Shown: positions 51,508-61,633, counted from the first letter of the stretch. The stretch: DNA of 64,000 nt from a virus (IMGVR_UViG_3300032288_005833:1231-65230); one strand, 5' to 3'. The notes: generated from the letters alone by a model not told the origin. Numbers and translations: made by a program.

Positions 51508-52560
51508 ATGCAAAAGCTAGGACTAGAACAGGTAAAGAACCTTGTAACTAAGGTTCTACAAAAATCCTTTCCGGGTAATTCTGGGAAGCAACAGATTTAT
51601 ACCTCTCAGAATAGATTAAATTTTTCTTGTCCTTATTGCGGAGATTCAAATGATCCTAGAAAAAAGAGAGGCAATCTATATTTAGATAGCCTCTCTTTTA
51701 AGTGTTACAACGGAGGTTGTGGACAGTTCAGGGATTTAATTGGGCTACTGTTCGATCATGACTTAAATCGTGAATTAACGCTAGAACAACTGGATGAAGC
51801 GAAGAATACTATTTCGCTTAAAAAATCATCCAGAAGAATCAGTGCTAATGTTGACGTTTTCATCCTAGAGAATTACAAGGATGTTTTAGTTTACAGAGAA
51901 GACTACAAGCAAAAACTTAAGCTGATAGAAATACCCAGGCCAATTAAGGAGTATCTTCTGTCAAGGAATCAGGTAGCGGATGAAAAGTACTTGTATTGCC
52001 CGGTTAAGAAGTCAATACACATCTTAAATCTAACATCTGATGGTAAGTATATTCTAGGATTACAGCTCAGAAATATGAATAAGAATGCTGTTAACAAGTA
52101 TTTTACTTATAAGCTTAGCGGTATACATAAAAATCTGCTAAGGAACTTTAATCCTGAAATTATTGCAAAAGCTGAAGAGCTAGATCCTATCTCTTTAGTG
52201 TTTGGATTTTCCACTGTTAATCTTGATGAGACAGTTACTATTTTTGAAGGTCCACTTGATTCTTTTCTTTTTCCAAATGCTGTTGCGCTTTGTTCGATCA
52301 ACAATCCTTTCCCGTTTGACATACCTAACAAAAGATGGTTTTATGACGGTGATGAGGCTGGACGCGATGCACTTAGAAAAAAAATAGCTGTTGGAGACAC
52401 AGTTTTTCTGTGGGACAAATTCATAAAAGAGAATGATTTACCTGAAAGGGATAAATGGGATTTAAACGATTTAGTAAACTATCTCAGAGAATCCGGAAAG
52501 AAAATTAAAAGGTTAGAAAAATATTTTAGTAGTGAACAATGGGATTTAATTGGAATTTAA
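51508..52560 (+). CDS. DNA primase, T4 gp61-like
   Basis: NFSCPYCGDS...FKCYNGGC zinc finger; TOPRIM FEGPLDSFL, YDGDEAG, DLND. Confidence 0.9.
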   Translation: MQKLGLEQVKNLVTKVLQKSFPGNSGKQQIYTSQNRLNFSCPYCGDSNDPRKKRGNLYLDSLSFKCYNGGCGQFRDLIGLLFDHDLNRELTLEQLDEAKNTISLKKSSRRISANVDVFILENYKDVLVYREDYKQKLKLIEIPRPIKEYLLSRNQVADEKYLYCPVKKSIHILNLTSDGKYILGLQLRNMNKNAVNKYFTYKLSGIHKNLLRNFNPEIIAKAEELDPISLVFGFSTVNLDETVTIFEGPLDSFLFPNAVALCSINNPFPFDIPNKRWFYDGDEAGRDALRKKIAVGDTVFLWDKFIKENDLPERDKWDLNDLVNYLRESGKKIKRLEKYFSSEQWDLIGI

Positions 52561-52766
52561 CAAAGGAGGAGCTTGAAGAAATAGATCGTAAAAGGTCATT
52601 ACTGAAAGTTCCTATAGCATATAAAGTAGATGACTCTTTAGAAGTGCCGGATCTTAGTGACAATTTCACACCAAAAGAAGAGAAGGCAATTAAGAGGATT
52701 AAAACTGAGGTTGTAGATATTAAGATTAAAAAGACAAAGAATAAAAGCAATAAATTGTATGAGTGA
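52539..52766 (+). CDS. hypothetical protein
   Basis: 75 aa overlapping both neighbours. Confidence 0.55.
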   Translation: MGFNWNLTKEELEEIDRKRSLLKVPIAYKVDDSLEVPDLSDNFTPKEEKAIKRIKTEVVDIKIKKTKNKSNKLYE

Positions 52767-53199
52767 TCAATCTCAAGATTTTGAAGAACAATTTTCCACG
52801 GAAAGATCCGAATGGACAGAAAGAATAAGGGAGCTTTCTGTTAGGATGAGAAATATCCGAGAAATTGCAGAGGTCCAGGTTGAGTTGTATTCTGATAGAC
52901 AAAAATTACTTGAATATGCTTATAAATTAGGTCAGATTCTAACAAAGCTAAATGCAAAGTTTAGATCTGATCGTAGAACTAAAATGGTTTATTATTCGGA
53001 AGAACATAATACCAGATATGGTGCAAACGAAAAGACTGCATTAATAGATGGAGATTTAAGCGAGATAAAAAGAAAAATAGATGTCGTTGATAATCAAATG
53101 TCTTTCTTGAACGAAACCGTAAAAACTGTAGATCATTTTCTGTATGGGGTAAAGAGTAGAATCTCCCTAGAAGAGTTTATGAGAGGCAGTTCAAAATAA
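52759..53199 (+). CDS. uvsY: recombination mediator UvsY-like
   Basis: 146 aa helical protein (EKTALIDGDL...FLNETVKTVD) immediately upstream of UvsW, as in T4-like phages. Confidence 0.6.
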   Translation: MSDQSQDFEEQFSTERSEWTERIRELSVRMRNIREIAEVQVELYSDRQKLLEYAYKLGQILTKLNAKFRSDRRTKMVYYSEEHNTRYGANEKTALIDGDLSEIKRKIDVVDNQMSFLNETVKTVDHFLYGVKSRISLEEFMRGSSK

Positions 53200-53210
53200 G
53201 AAAAAGCTGA

Positions 53211-54752
53211 ATGCTAAAATTTATAGTATCTGAAGATCTTCAATGGTTACTTTTACAAGACTATGACGAAGAGGTTGACAGAAAGCAACTTGAAATATCT
53301 TTAACCAGAAAAATACACAACTATTTTTTTCATCCATTAGTTAAGAAAAAACATTGGGACGGAGCAATTTGCTTTGTAGATAAGCGTGGACCATTATGGA
53401 GAATCCCCAGTGGATTATGGAGCGAAGTTTTTGAAATAGGAGAAAAGTACAAGATCGAGGTTGAAGTAATAGGATTGGAAAGAATAGTAGACGGAGATCT
53501 AACATTAGAAGAATTCACTGAATGGGCTAATGAATTTTTTGCTGATAAGGAAATGAAGCCAAGAGATTATCAGATCGAAGCTGCTTGGAGGATTGTTAAG
53601 TTTAGATTCTCGTGTTTAGAAATTGCAACATCCTCAGGTAAGACCTTAATTGCATTTATTGTTCTTGCATATCTTAAGAATATAAGAGGCATTAATAAAT
53701 TCCTAATGATTGTGCCTAATACAACATTGATTATACAGGGATCGGAAGATTTTGAAGAATATGGTTTAAAAGAATTAGACAATTGCGATATTCAATTAAT
53801 ACACGGAGGAAACAAGAATAAAATCTCTGGAGGATTGATGATAGGAACTTATCAATCACTAGTTAAACAAGATGATGATTTCTTTGATGGTGTAGAAGCC
53901 ATCTTTGTTGATGAATCCCATCAGTCTCACTCTAAATCTATTAAAGAGGTTATATCTAAATGTAAAGACTCTAGATATAGATTTGGTCTTTCAGGTACTT
54001 TGACTAATAGAAATACTGCAGAGCACTTAACTATCCAGCAATATCTTGGTCCATTAACAATGGAGATTAGTCCTAAGTTTTTATTTGATAATAAGTACGC
54101 CACCCCCGTCGCTATTAAAATAGTTAAGATGGATTGGCTGGATGAAAATCTTAAACAAAAATTATACGAATTAAGAACTAATAAGAATAATAAGGACACT
54201 GAGAAGCTAGAGGGAAGCGAAATATTTGGAGTAGAAAGAAAGCTAGTTATCTCCTCTGAGAAGAGATTGAAATATATTGTTGATTTTATTGCTAAAACAA
54301 GTAAAAACTCTCTGGTTCTTTTCCAATCAGTCGGAGAAGGCTATGGTAAAAGAATATATGAGAATTTAAGAGAGATCCAAGCAGATAAGGAGGTTTTTTA
54401 TATTGATGGGGACACTGATCCGGAAAGAAGAGATTACTACAAGACTAAATTGGAGGAGGGTGTGAATAAAGTTATGGTAGCAAGCTTTGGAACTCTTAGT
54501 ACTGGGGTATCTGTAAAGAACATTCATAATATATTTTTAGTGGAATCTTATAAATCGGAGGTTCTGATTAAACAGAGTCTAGGTAGGGGAATGAGGCTTT
54601 ACGAGGGGAAAGAAAGAGTGAATATTATCGATTTTGTCGACGATTTCTCCTATAACGGGTCAATGAACTATCTAATGAAGCATTCCTTAGAAAGAATTGA
54701 GATTTACAAAAGGGAGAAGTTCGAATATAAGACCTATGAGATTACTCTCTAG
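53211..54752 (+). CDS. uvsW: SF2 DNA helicase UvsW
   Basis: PRDYQ, ATSSGKT, VDESH, GLSGT, ASFGTLSTGVSVKNIHN, QSLGRGMR. Confidence 0.93.
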   Translation: MLKFIVSEDLQWLLLQDYDEEVDRKQLEISLTRKIHNYFFHPLVKKKHWDGAICFVDKRGPLWRIPSGLWSEVFEIGEKYKIEVEVIGLERIVDGDLTLEEFTEWANEFFADKEMKPRDYQIEAAWRIVKFRFSCLEIATSSGKTLIAFIVLAYLKNIRGINKFLMIVPNTTLIIQGSEDFEEYGLKELDNCDIQLIHGGNKNKISGGLMIGTYQSLVKQDDDFFDGVEAIFVDESHQSHSKSIKEVISKCKDSRYRFGLSGTLTNRNTAEHLTIQQYLGPLTMEISPKFLFDNKYATPVAIKIVKMDWLDENLKQKLYELRTNKNNKDTEKLEGSEIFGVERKLVISSEKRLKYIVDFIAKTSKNSLVLFQSVGEGYGKRIYENLREIQADKEVFYIDGDTDPERRDYYKTKLEEGVNKVMVASFGTLSTGVSVKNIHNIFLVESYKSEVLIKQSLGRGMRLYEGKERVNIIDFVDDFSYNGSMNYLMKHSLERIEIYKREKFEYKTYEITL

Positions 54753-54760
54753 CATCTTTG

Positions 54761-54769
54761 GATATATAA
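54761..54769 (+). promoter_or_regulatory. late-promoter-like motif GATATATAA
   Basis: intergenic, before the ATG at 54781. Confidence 0.6.
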
Positions 54770-54780
54770 AATAAAAAAAG

Positions 54781-55479
54781 ATGAGACATCTTCAATCATA
54801 CGAATTATTAGAAAGCAGCGACAAGAACGTTAAGTCGTATAGTCCTGAGAAATTCAAAAAAATCACAGGCAATGACTCTGCTCCTGGATTTACCGGATGG
54901 ATCTACAATATTTTCATGTCTCTGAAGAATAACTTTGAAAATATGGACAATTTCTTCATGAGCGATGTGTACATGAAGGATATACACGGAAAGCCAATAG
55001 ACACTGGAATGGGCTGGCTTATTGGACAAGCAGGATCTTTGGCTACTTCGGTTGCAGCTAAAATATTTGAACCTAGTGAGTTTATTAGCACAAATTGGAA
55101 ATCTTCCGACGGATCTATGTTACAAGCACCCACATCAGATAAGGACGTAAAGACGGAGCATCTAAGACTTTTCAATGATAATTTCTCAAAGAAGGATCTT
55201 CCTAATATCAAGAGCGACGAAGATATGAAATCGTGGATTACAAATTTCTATAAAAAAGCAGGGACAACCCCAGGGAATGTAAAATGGGTAGATGATGCAG
55301 CATTAACTGCTGGCAACACCTACTTTAATAAATCAGCGGGACTTGGAAGAACAGCAGCAATAGGAACAGAGATAGCAGCAGGAACAGAAGTAGCAGCAGG
55401 TGCAGAAGCTGGTGGTTTATTAGCCACTGCTGCAAGAGCAGCACCACTTGTTGTAAGAAAGGCTGTTTTAAAGTTTTAA
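54781..55479 (+). CDS. hypothetical protein, possible internal head protein with Ala/Gly-rich tail
   Basis: MRHLQSYELLE start; C-terminal GTEIAAGTEVAAGAEAGGLL. Confidence 0.6.
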   Translation: MRHLQSYELLESSDKNVKSYSPEKFKKITGNDSAPGFTGWIYNIFMSLKNNFENMDNFFMSDVYMKDIHGKPIDTGMGWLIGQAGSLATSVAAKIFEPSEFISTNWKSSDGSMLQAPTSDKDVKTEHLRLFNDNFSKKDLPNIKSDEDMKSWITNFYKKAGTTPGNVKWVDDAALTAGNTYFNKSAGLGRTAAIGTEIAAGTEVAAGAEAGGLLATAARAAPLVVRKAVLKF

Positions 55480-55497
55480 AATATAAAGTAAAAAAAG

Positions 55498-55761
55498 ATG
55501 AAAAAAGTATCACAAATTCAGGAAAGCTTAAAGGTACAAAAAGCTACTGCAATCTCTAAATTAGACGAGACAAATAAGTACCTGACTTTTGCTAAGACAT
55601 ACTACAAAAAGCATGGTGTTTCTGGTCCTTTCGATGAGAAATTCAAAGGCAATAAAAAAGCTCAAGAAAAATTCATGGAAGAATTAGGAAAGGCGTGGGC
55701 AGATTACAAAAAAGAAAAAGGGATCGAAACAAAGTCTAGTAAGCCTTGGGCTAAAAAATAG
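55498..55761 (+). CDS. small basic hypothetical protein (possible internal head/core protein)
   Basis: 87 aa, Lys-rich; YLTFAKTYYKKHGVSGP...EKFMEELGKAW. Confidence 0.6.
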   Translation: MKKVSQIQESLKVQKATAISKLDETNKYLTFAKTYYKKHGVSGPFDEKFKGNKKAQEKFMEELGKAWADYKKEKGIETKSSKPWAKK

Positions 55762-55777
55762 GAATAAAATCCAAAGC

Positions 55778-56206
55778 ATGTACGATATATTTTTCCCGAT
55801 TATTGAACACTACACAGGAACCATCGTGTCAAAAGTAAGGAGGATTGATGAATCAATTCTTTTTAAAACAATTTCAGGACAAGCTGGAAAGATAGAGAGA
55901 AACATAGAGGGAGATTGGGATTTACTTGTTGACGAAGAAAAAGTAGCAGAAATAGAAGATGGTTTATTTTCTATCTTTTGTGAATCCAGGGATCAACCTC
56001 CGATAGACAAGTATTACAGTGAATTATTAGTATTAAAAAGAAGAAGTGTATTGAACTATAAATCCAATATTCTAGTTGATCAACTAATAACATCCATAGA
56101 ATTTTTAATTCTGCACATGGATGTTCAATTAGAAGATCCTATAAAAATAGGACCATTCTTTACATTCAATCATAATGGAACTAAACACGTTTTAGTATTA
56201 AATTAA
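55778..56206 (+). CDS. hypothetical protein
   Basis: 142 aa, operonic spacing. Confidence 0.6.
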   Translation: MYDIFFPIIEHYTGTIVSKVRRIDESILFKTISGQAGKIERNIEGDWDLLVDEEKVAEIEDGLFSIFCESRDQPPIDKYYSELLVLKRRSVLNYKSNILVDQLITSIEFLILHMDVQLEDPIKIGPFFTFNHNGTKHVLVLN

Positions 56207-56210
56207 AAAT

Positions 56211-58181
56211 ATGGCAGGCATAAAACATTTGAGCGAAATTTATAAAAAGCAAGGAGCAGAATTCCTTGATGATTTATTTGGGAAAGAATTAATAGTTTCT
56301 GAAAAATTAAACGGAATGAGCTTCTCTTTTGAGAGGAGCATCTTTGATGGATCGTTATCATTCTATAAGAGAGATCAGGTTAATCCTATTTCTAAGATTG
56401 ATCGAGTACTAATGAAGTATTATGAATCTCCAATTTCACATATACAAGAATTACCTGCATTAACATTGAATGAGATACCTAGTGGATGGAGATTTGGGAT
56501 GGAATTTTTTATTAATCCAAGTCCAGTCTTAGTATCTTATCAAAGAATACCAAGAAATGGTCTGGTACTAACTCATATCATAGTTAAGAATCAATTCGGT
56601 GATATAGAAAGAACTATAGTGGAAAAAGAAGAGTTGGATTACTGGGCTGATCTTTTAGGTGTTGAAAACCCTCCTATTATCTTTCAAGGTAAATTATCGG
56701 ATGATCAAAAAGTATCTATTAACGATTTTGTTAATTCTGCTCATGATAATCTAAAAACAGAACACGGAACTAACAGCTTTGCTAAATATCTACTTAGTAT
56801 ATTAAATCCGGAATTAAATAAAACATTTTTAAATAATTCTTTAGAAGAGCCAATAGAAGGTGTAGTTTTTAGATTTGGATCAATTGATGGAACTGGTGAA
56901 TCTTTCACTGCCAAAATATTAGATCCTGTTTTTGAAGATATCACCAGACAGAACAATGTTAAAAAAGTAAGCTACTTTCCAAGTGACATCTACGGTATAA
57001 CCATATTAGAAGTAATGAACTACATCTTGGACAAAGGAATAGATTCATTTACTTTCGAAGGTGAAGATCCTCAGGACAAGTACATTTCTTTCGTATGCTC
57101 TGTTTTTAATTCTTTCACTGATGAGTACGGAGAAAAATATCTAGGTCTTGATTTTCAAGAGCCAGAATTTTTAAAGCAAGAAGGATTCCAACCAAATCAT
57201 GATCTAATTAAAGATGAAAAAACAAAATCATTAATTGCTGATGATGAAAGCTATGAATCTCTTTTCAAATTAATTCTTTCTGCTTTTAGAAAAATTAAGA
57301 AAAGACCAGGAGGATTTTTCACACAAGGAGCTATCGAGCAGTTTAATTTGCTTGTTAGAGAAATATCAGAATATCTGAATAATAATTCTATTGTTGTTGA
57401 ATCGATGATTCCAACTTTTGACCAATTTAGAAAAGTAAAAAAACCATTTATTCCTCAAGAAGAAGAGGATGAAGAAGATATTGAAGATGAGGTTGAAGAA
57501 ATTCCTAAAGATGAGATAATAGAAGAACCAGTAGAAGAGCCAGAGATCGAAATTGAAATAGAAGAAGATCCAATAGGGGATGAGGTAGTGATTGATCCAG
57601 AAGTTGTTGATCAAATAAAAACAGCACTTGGACAAAGCGAACCTATTTCTAAATCTGGATCCGACGATGATGCTATAAAGGTAAACATAGTTATAGGAAA
57701 ATTCCAGCCTTTTAATAATGGTCATTTAAAAATGATTAAAAAAGCAAATCAAAATAATGGATTACCGGTTGCTGTGTTTGTTGTTAAACCAGGACAGCAT
57801 AGCTTTATAGATGATCAGACAATGGATAAAATGATGGGAATAGTATCTAACGATCTTTCAGGTATAATAGATTCAATCCATTACATTGATGATGATCTTT
57901 TATCAACGGTGGTTCATACCCTTGGTAAGAAATATGATCCAAAAACTTTAACAGTTGGTAAGAAAAGACTTGATAACTATTTACTTCAAACAAGATCTTT
58001 AAAGAAGAGAAAAAAATTAGATTCAGCCTTTCAGATACAAACATCACCAGAATGGATTAATTCCGAGGATGTTTCACGAACGATCCAAGAAAAAAATTAT
58101 ATGGAATTTAAAAAGAACGTGCCAAAATCACTTTCTGGACTTTGGGAGGAATTGACAAGATGCTACGATTCCTCTAAATAA
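56211..58181 (+). CDS. ATP-dependent ligase-like nucleotidyltransferase fused to a HIGH-superfamily (NMNAT/cytidylyltransferase-like) domain
   Basis: SEKLNG (motif I), EGVVFR (IV), TAKI (V); acidic linker; IGKFQPFNNGH. Confidence 0.65.
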   Translation: MAGIKHLSEIYKKQGAEFLDDLFGKELIVSEKLNGMSFSFERSIFDGSLSFYKRDQVNPISKIDRVLMKYYESPISHIQELPALTLNEIPSGWRFGMEFFINPSPVLVSYQRIPRNGLVLTHIIVKNQFGDIERTIVEKEELDYWADLLGVENPPIIFQGKLSDDQKVSINDFVNSAHDNLKTEHGTNSFAKYLLSILNPELNKTFLNNSLEEPIEGVVFRFGSIDGTGESFTAKILDPVFEDITRQNNVKKVSYFPSDIYGITILEVMNYILDKGIDSFTFEGEDPQDKYISFVCSVFNSFTDEYGEKYLGLDFQEPEFLKQEGFQPNHDLIKDEKTKSLIADDESYESLFKLILSAFRKIKKRPGGFFTQGAIEQFNLLVREISEYLNNNSIVVESMIPTFDQFRKVKKPFIPQEEEDEEDIEDEVEEIPKDEIIEEPVEEPEIEIEIEEDPIGDEVVIDPEVVDQIKTALGQSEPISKSGSDDDAIKVNIVIGKFQPFNNGHLKMIKKANQNNGLPVAVFVVKPGQHSFIDDQTMDKMMGIVSNDLSGIIDSIHYIDDDLLSTVVHTLGKKYDPKTLTVGKKRLDNYLLQTRSLKKRKKLDSAFQIQTSPEWINSEDVSRTIQEKNYMEFKKNVPKSLSGLWEELTRCYDSSK

Positions 58182-58187
58182 CAAACG

Positions 58188-58212
58188 AATCCTGCCAACG
58201 CAGGATTTTTTT
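58188..58212 (+). terminator. Rho-independent terminator
   Basis: AATCCTGC-CAAC-GCAGGATT followed by a T run, just after the stop at 58181. Confidence 0.85.
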
Positions 58213-58233
58213 GCGGGGATGTATAGTATATTT

Positions 58234-58243
58234 GAATATATAA
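58234..58243 (+). promoter_or_regulatory. late-promoter-like motif GAATATATAA
   Basis: between the terminator and the ATG at 58260. Confidence 0.65.
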
Positions 58244-58259
58244 AACAAAAAACACAGGA

Positions 58260-59072
58260 ATGTCTAAATTAGTAAAATGGAAGGATTATAGCAAAATTTA
58301 CGAGGATGCTAATTCCGATTCAGGTATTGACGATGTAGCCGCTAAAAAAATACAAAAATGCCAGATTATGCTCTTAACTAAAGCTGGATTTTTTGGTCAG
58401 CTTTGTATGAATCTAAAATTTATAGAAGATAGAAATTTAAGATTTAAAACGATGGCGACTGACGGAATGAACATTTATTACGATCCAGGTTTTGTTAACG
58501 GTCACACTGATGAAGAAATTAGATGGGTAATATGCCACGAGATCTTACACTGCTCCCTGCATCATTTTTTAAGAAAGCAAGCAAATCCTAGTGTTTGGAA
58601 CATGGCAGCTGATTATGAGATTAATCAATTAATAGATCCTAAGAATTATTCTGGCAACCCAACCTATCAAAACGCTCTAGGAACAATGCCTTCTGGTGCT
58701 TTAGGTGGTGCTGGTGATAAAGATAAAGGATTTGTAAGTGGTTTATATAAAGGTAAAGCTGCAGAACAAATCTATCAAATACTTATAGAAAATAACACAG
58801 TAGTACCTCCTGAAGAAGGATGGAACTACGGAGGTGTTCAACCTCCTGTCATGGTTTCTGCCCCTCCGGGGTCTGGCGGGGGTGGTAATGATGAAGATTA
58901 TGGGGAAAAAGCAAAGGTTGGTGATTATGTTACCTTACCTGGTGGGGGATACGGAAAGATCGAATCAATTGATCCTGCAACAGGCGATGCTGATATTACA
59001 CAGGTATCTGAACCAGATCTAAAGACAATGATAGAATCAAAAACGGGTAAAACAGTTAAAAAAATAAGCTAA
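58260..59072 (+). CDS. putative metallopeptidase (DUF2201 N-terminal-like, HExxH)
   Basis: TMATDG, YYDPGF, ICHEILHCSLHH, WNMAADYEIN. Confidence 0.85.
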   Translation: MSKLVKWKDYSKIYEDANSDSGIDDVAAKKIQKCQIMLLTKAGFFGQLCMNLKFIEDRNLRFKTMATDGMNIYYDPGFVNGHTDEEIRWVICHEILHCSLHHFLRKQANPSVWNMAADYEINQLIDPKNYSGNPTYQNALGTMPSGALGGAGDKDKGFVSGLYKGKAAEQIYQILIENNTVVPPEEGWNYGGVQPPVMVSAPPGSGGGGNDEDYGEKAKVGDYVTLPGGGYGKIESIDPATGDADITQVSEPDLKTMIESKTGKTVKKIS

Positions 59073-59082
59073 TTATAATAAT

Positions 59083-60012
59083 ATGAAATTTAGTGTAAAG
59101 GATTTAAGGAAAATTGAGGTTGAGTATGAGCCAACACCACCACCACCTCCCCCGCCACCAGGTGAAGATCCACCCCCTCCACTTCCACCAATGCCACCGG
59201 AGGAAGAAAAACCATGGAATGAAAAACCAGATCCGAACGAAAAAGGTGGAGATGGCCCAGGCAAAGATGGTCAAGGGACTAAACCTAAATTAGTATCTAA
59301 AAAAATCGATACTGCTGAGGATCTTAAAAAATTCTGGGAAGATAAACTAGAAGAGGCAAAAGACAGACACGGAGGTGATATACCGGGTGAATTAATGAGA
59401 GCAATTGAAAAACTCTTAGGTGTTAAGGTTGACTGGAAACAGGAGCTAAGAAAAATGGTGAGTAGCTTAAGTAGCAAAGCTGATTATTTTTTACCAAATA
59501 GAAGATTTCTTGCAACAGGTGCCCAGTGGGGATCTAAGAAAAAGAAAGAATCTTTTGAGTCTCTTGTAATTATAGCTGACACATCTGGATCCGTTAGTCA
59601 GAAAGAATTAGAGCAATTTGTTTCCGAAGCTATGGATATAATGGAATCATTTAAGCCAAAGGAAACATTTTTAATTTGGTGTGACACGACAGTTTACGAA
59701 CCAGTTGATGTTATAAAAAAAGGAGAGACCTGGAATTATCGTAAAGCATACGGCGGCGGAGGAACTAGTTTCATTCCACCGGTTGTTTGGATAGAAGAGA
59801 ATATCATTAAAAAGGGTAAGAAATTAGGACCTGTTCTTTTCTTTACCGATGGCGAACCTAATACCGGACCTAATGGCGGATGGCCACTGGAGACTGAATA
59901 TAGTATTAGAAGCTATGTAAATAAATTCTTCTGGATTATTTTAGGAGAAGGCGGAGTTCCAAGAAAGCATGTAAAAGTCCCATTTGGGAAGAGAATAGAT
60001 CTTATTATGTAA
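59083..60012 (+). CDS. vWA domain protein (DUF2201 C-terminal-like) with poly-Pro N-terminal linker
   Basis: KVDWKQELR, PNRRF, MIDAS ADTSGSVS, GGGGTSF, FFTDG. Confidence 0.85.
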   Translation: MKFSVKDLRKIEVEYEPTPPPPPPPPGEDPPPPLPPMPPEEEKPWNEKPDPNEKGGDGPGKDGQGTKPKLVSKKIDTAEDLKKFWEDKLEEAKDRHGGDIPGELMRAIEKLLGVKVDWKQELRKMVSSLSSKADYFLPNRRFLATGAQWGSKKKKESFESLVIIADTSGSVSQKELEQFVSEAMDIMESFKPKETFLIWCDTTVYEPVDVIKKGETWNYRKAYGGGGTSFIPPVVWIEENIIKKGKKLGPVLFFTDGEPNTGPNGGWPLETEYSIRSYVNKFFWIILGEGGVPRKHVKVPFGKRIDLIM

Positions 60013-60015
60013 TAG

Positions 60016-60024
60016 GATATATAA
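60016..60024 (+). promoter_or_regulatory. late-promoter-like motif GATATATAA
   Basis: intergenic, before the ATG at 60043. Confidence 0.6.
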
Positions 60025-60042
60025 AGCAAAATAATAAAAAAA

Positions 60043-61587
60043 ATGGCAAGAATTAAAAAGTTTAGTGACTATGTGAATGAGGATTATTCATTTGGTGGTG
60101 CTATGCAAAAAGGAAAAGATCTTTTCTCCAAAGCGGGAAATTGGGTTTCTAGCTTTATTTCAAAATTAAAGCAAGGAATTTTTCCAGCAATCCCGGAAGG
60201 ACCTAAAGCAGGTGCACCGATGATTGCATATTTAGCATCAAACGGAAAATCTTCAATAACTGACCAGATTAAAAATTTATACGGTGTTACAGCAGAGGAA
60301 TCCGCAGAAGCTGATGTAGATTTGGACAATCAACAAGTTGAAGAAGCAATGAAAGATTTATCATACCCAGGAAAAGACGTTATTAATATCAATGCTGCAG
60401 AATTAGCAGATGAGATTGTAACAAGGTACGAAACGTTAATCGATGATGGTTTTAGTAAACCTATTTTTGTTTATGGAGCACCAGGCATTGGAAAAACAGA
60501 AATTGTAGGTCAGGCATGTGATGCATTAGGAATTGATCTAATGACCATTGATTTACAATTTATGGATCCTGCAGATTTCTTAGGTATACCTTCAGTGGTA
60601 GATATTGCTTCAGAAGATCCAAGAGGCGAAGGTGTAACAAGAACTAATCCTCCTATTTGGCTACCAAGAGATAATGGACCTGAAGGAAAGGGTGGTATTT
60701 TATTCTTTGACGAAATGAATAGAGCTCAACAACCAGTTAGAACTGGTATGATGAATTTAGCTCAAGGTAGAAGAATTAACACATACAAACTTCCTTCAAA
60801 ATGGTTAATAGTAGCAGCAGGAAACAGAGAAAGCGATGATAGACCAGGTGAAGTTGAACCTATCAGTACAGCACTTGCAGATCGTTTTTCTATCTACAAC
60901 TATGTACCAACTGTAAAAGGATTTCAAGATTATGTAATTGGATCAGAATCTCCTTTGAAGGGTGCAATGGGTGCTAAACCGAGAGAGGTTGTTATACCTG
61001 AATTATTGTCATTCTTAGAATACTCAGAAGATTATTTCCATAATTTAGATCCACAATCTCCTGATGTTAAATTTGCTACTCCAAGAGGATGGATAGATGC
61101 TTCTAAGCTTCTTTATTCAAAAATGAGAAGATTAGAAAAGCAAGGAAAAATCAGCAATGAGATTTCTGCTGATGAACTTAGAAAGGTATTCCAAACAGAA
61201 GTTGGATATTCAGCAGCTAATGCTTTTGTTAAATTCTACGAGGTAGTACAAAGCATTCCTCTTGCTGATGTTATGAAAGTATTTGATGAGCCAGAAAAAG
61301 CTCCAATACCTAAAGCAACACAAAAGAGCGATCCAGGCAAGTTCAATACTATTTATGAACCAGATATCATGTTTGCAACAATAGCAGCTATCGTTTCTAA
61401 ATCGGAGAAAATTAAACCTATTACTCCGGAGCAATATTCAAACGCAGTTGACTATTCAATTAAATTAGATTCAGCATCATACGGTGCTTCATTCATTGCA
61501 ATGTTAAACTCTAAGCATGAGTACATTAAAACTGATAGAGCATACACAATGCATCTTAAGAAGTTCACTCAGCATTACGGTCTTTAA
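60043..61587 (+). CDS. MoxR/dynein-related AAA+ ATPase
   Basis: GAPGIGKT, ILFFDEMNRA, VAAGNR, ALADRF, ATPRGW. Confidence 0.92.
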   Translation: MARIKKFSDYVNEDYSFGGAMQKGKDLFSKAGNWVSSFISKLKQGIFPAIPEGPKAGAPMIAYLASNGKSSITDQIKNLYGVTAEESAEADVDLDNQQVEEAMKDLSYPGKDVININAAELADEIVTRYETLIDDGFSKPIFVYGAPGIGKTEIVGQACDALGIDLMTIDLQFMDPADFLGIPSVVDIASEDPRGEGVTRTNPPIWLPRDNGPEGKGGILFFDEMNRAQQPVRTGMMNLAQGRRINTYKLPSKWLIVAAGNRESDDRPGEVEPISTALADRFSIYNYVPTVKGFQDYVIGSESPLKGAMGAKPREVVIPELLSFLEYSEDYFHNLDPQSPDVKFATPRGWIDASKLLYSKMRRLEKQGKISNEISADELRKVFQTEVGYSAANAFVKFYEVVQSIPLADVMKVFDEPEKAPIPKATQKSDPGKFNTIYEPDIMFATIAAIVSKSEKIKPITPEQYSNAVDYSIKLDSASYGASFIAMLNSKHEYIKTDRAYTMHLKKFTQHYGL

Positions 61588-61606
61588 TAATGCTAGATTA
61601 ATATTT

Positions 61607-61633
61607 AAAACCCCTGAAATTCAGGGGTTTTTT
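61607..61633 (+). terminator. Rho-independent terminator
   Basis: AAAACCCCTGA-AAT-TCAGGGGTTTT plus further Ts. Confidence 0.9.

Noticed and set aside
59040-59090. Programmed frameshift or split intein joining the peptidase and vWA genes
   Set aside because: The downstream frame has TAA at 59065 right after the A-run, and there are no intein Cys1 or HN motifs at the junction
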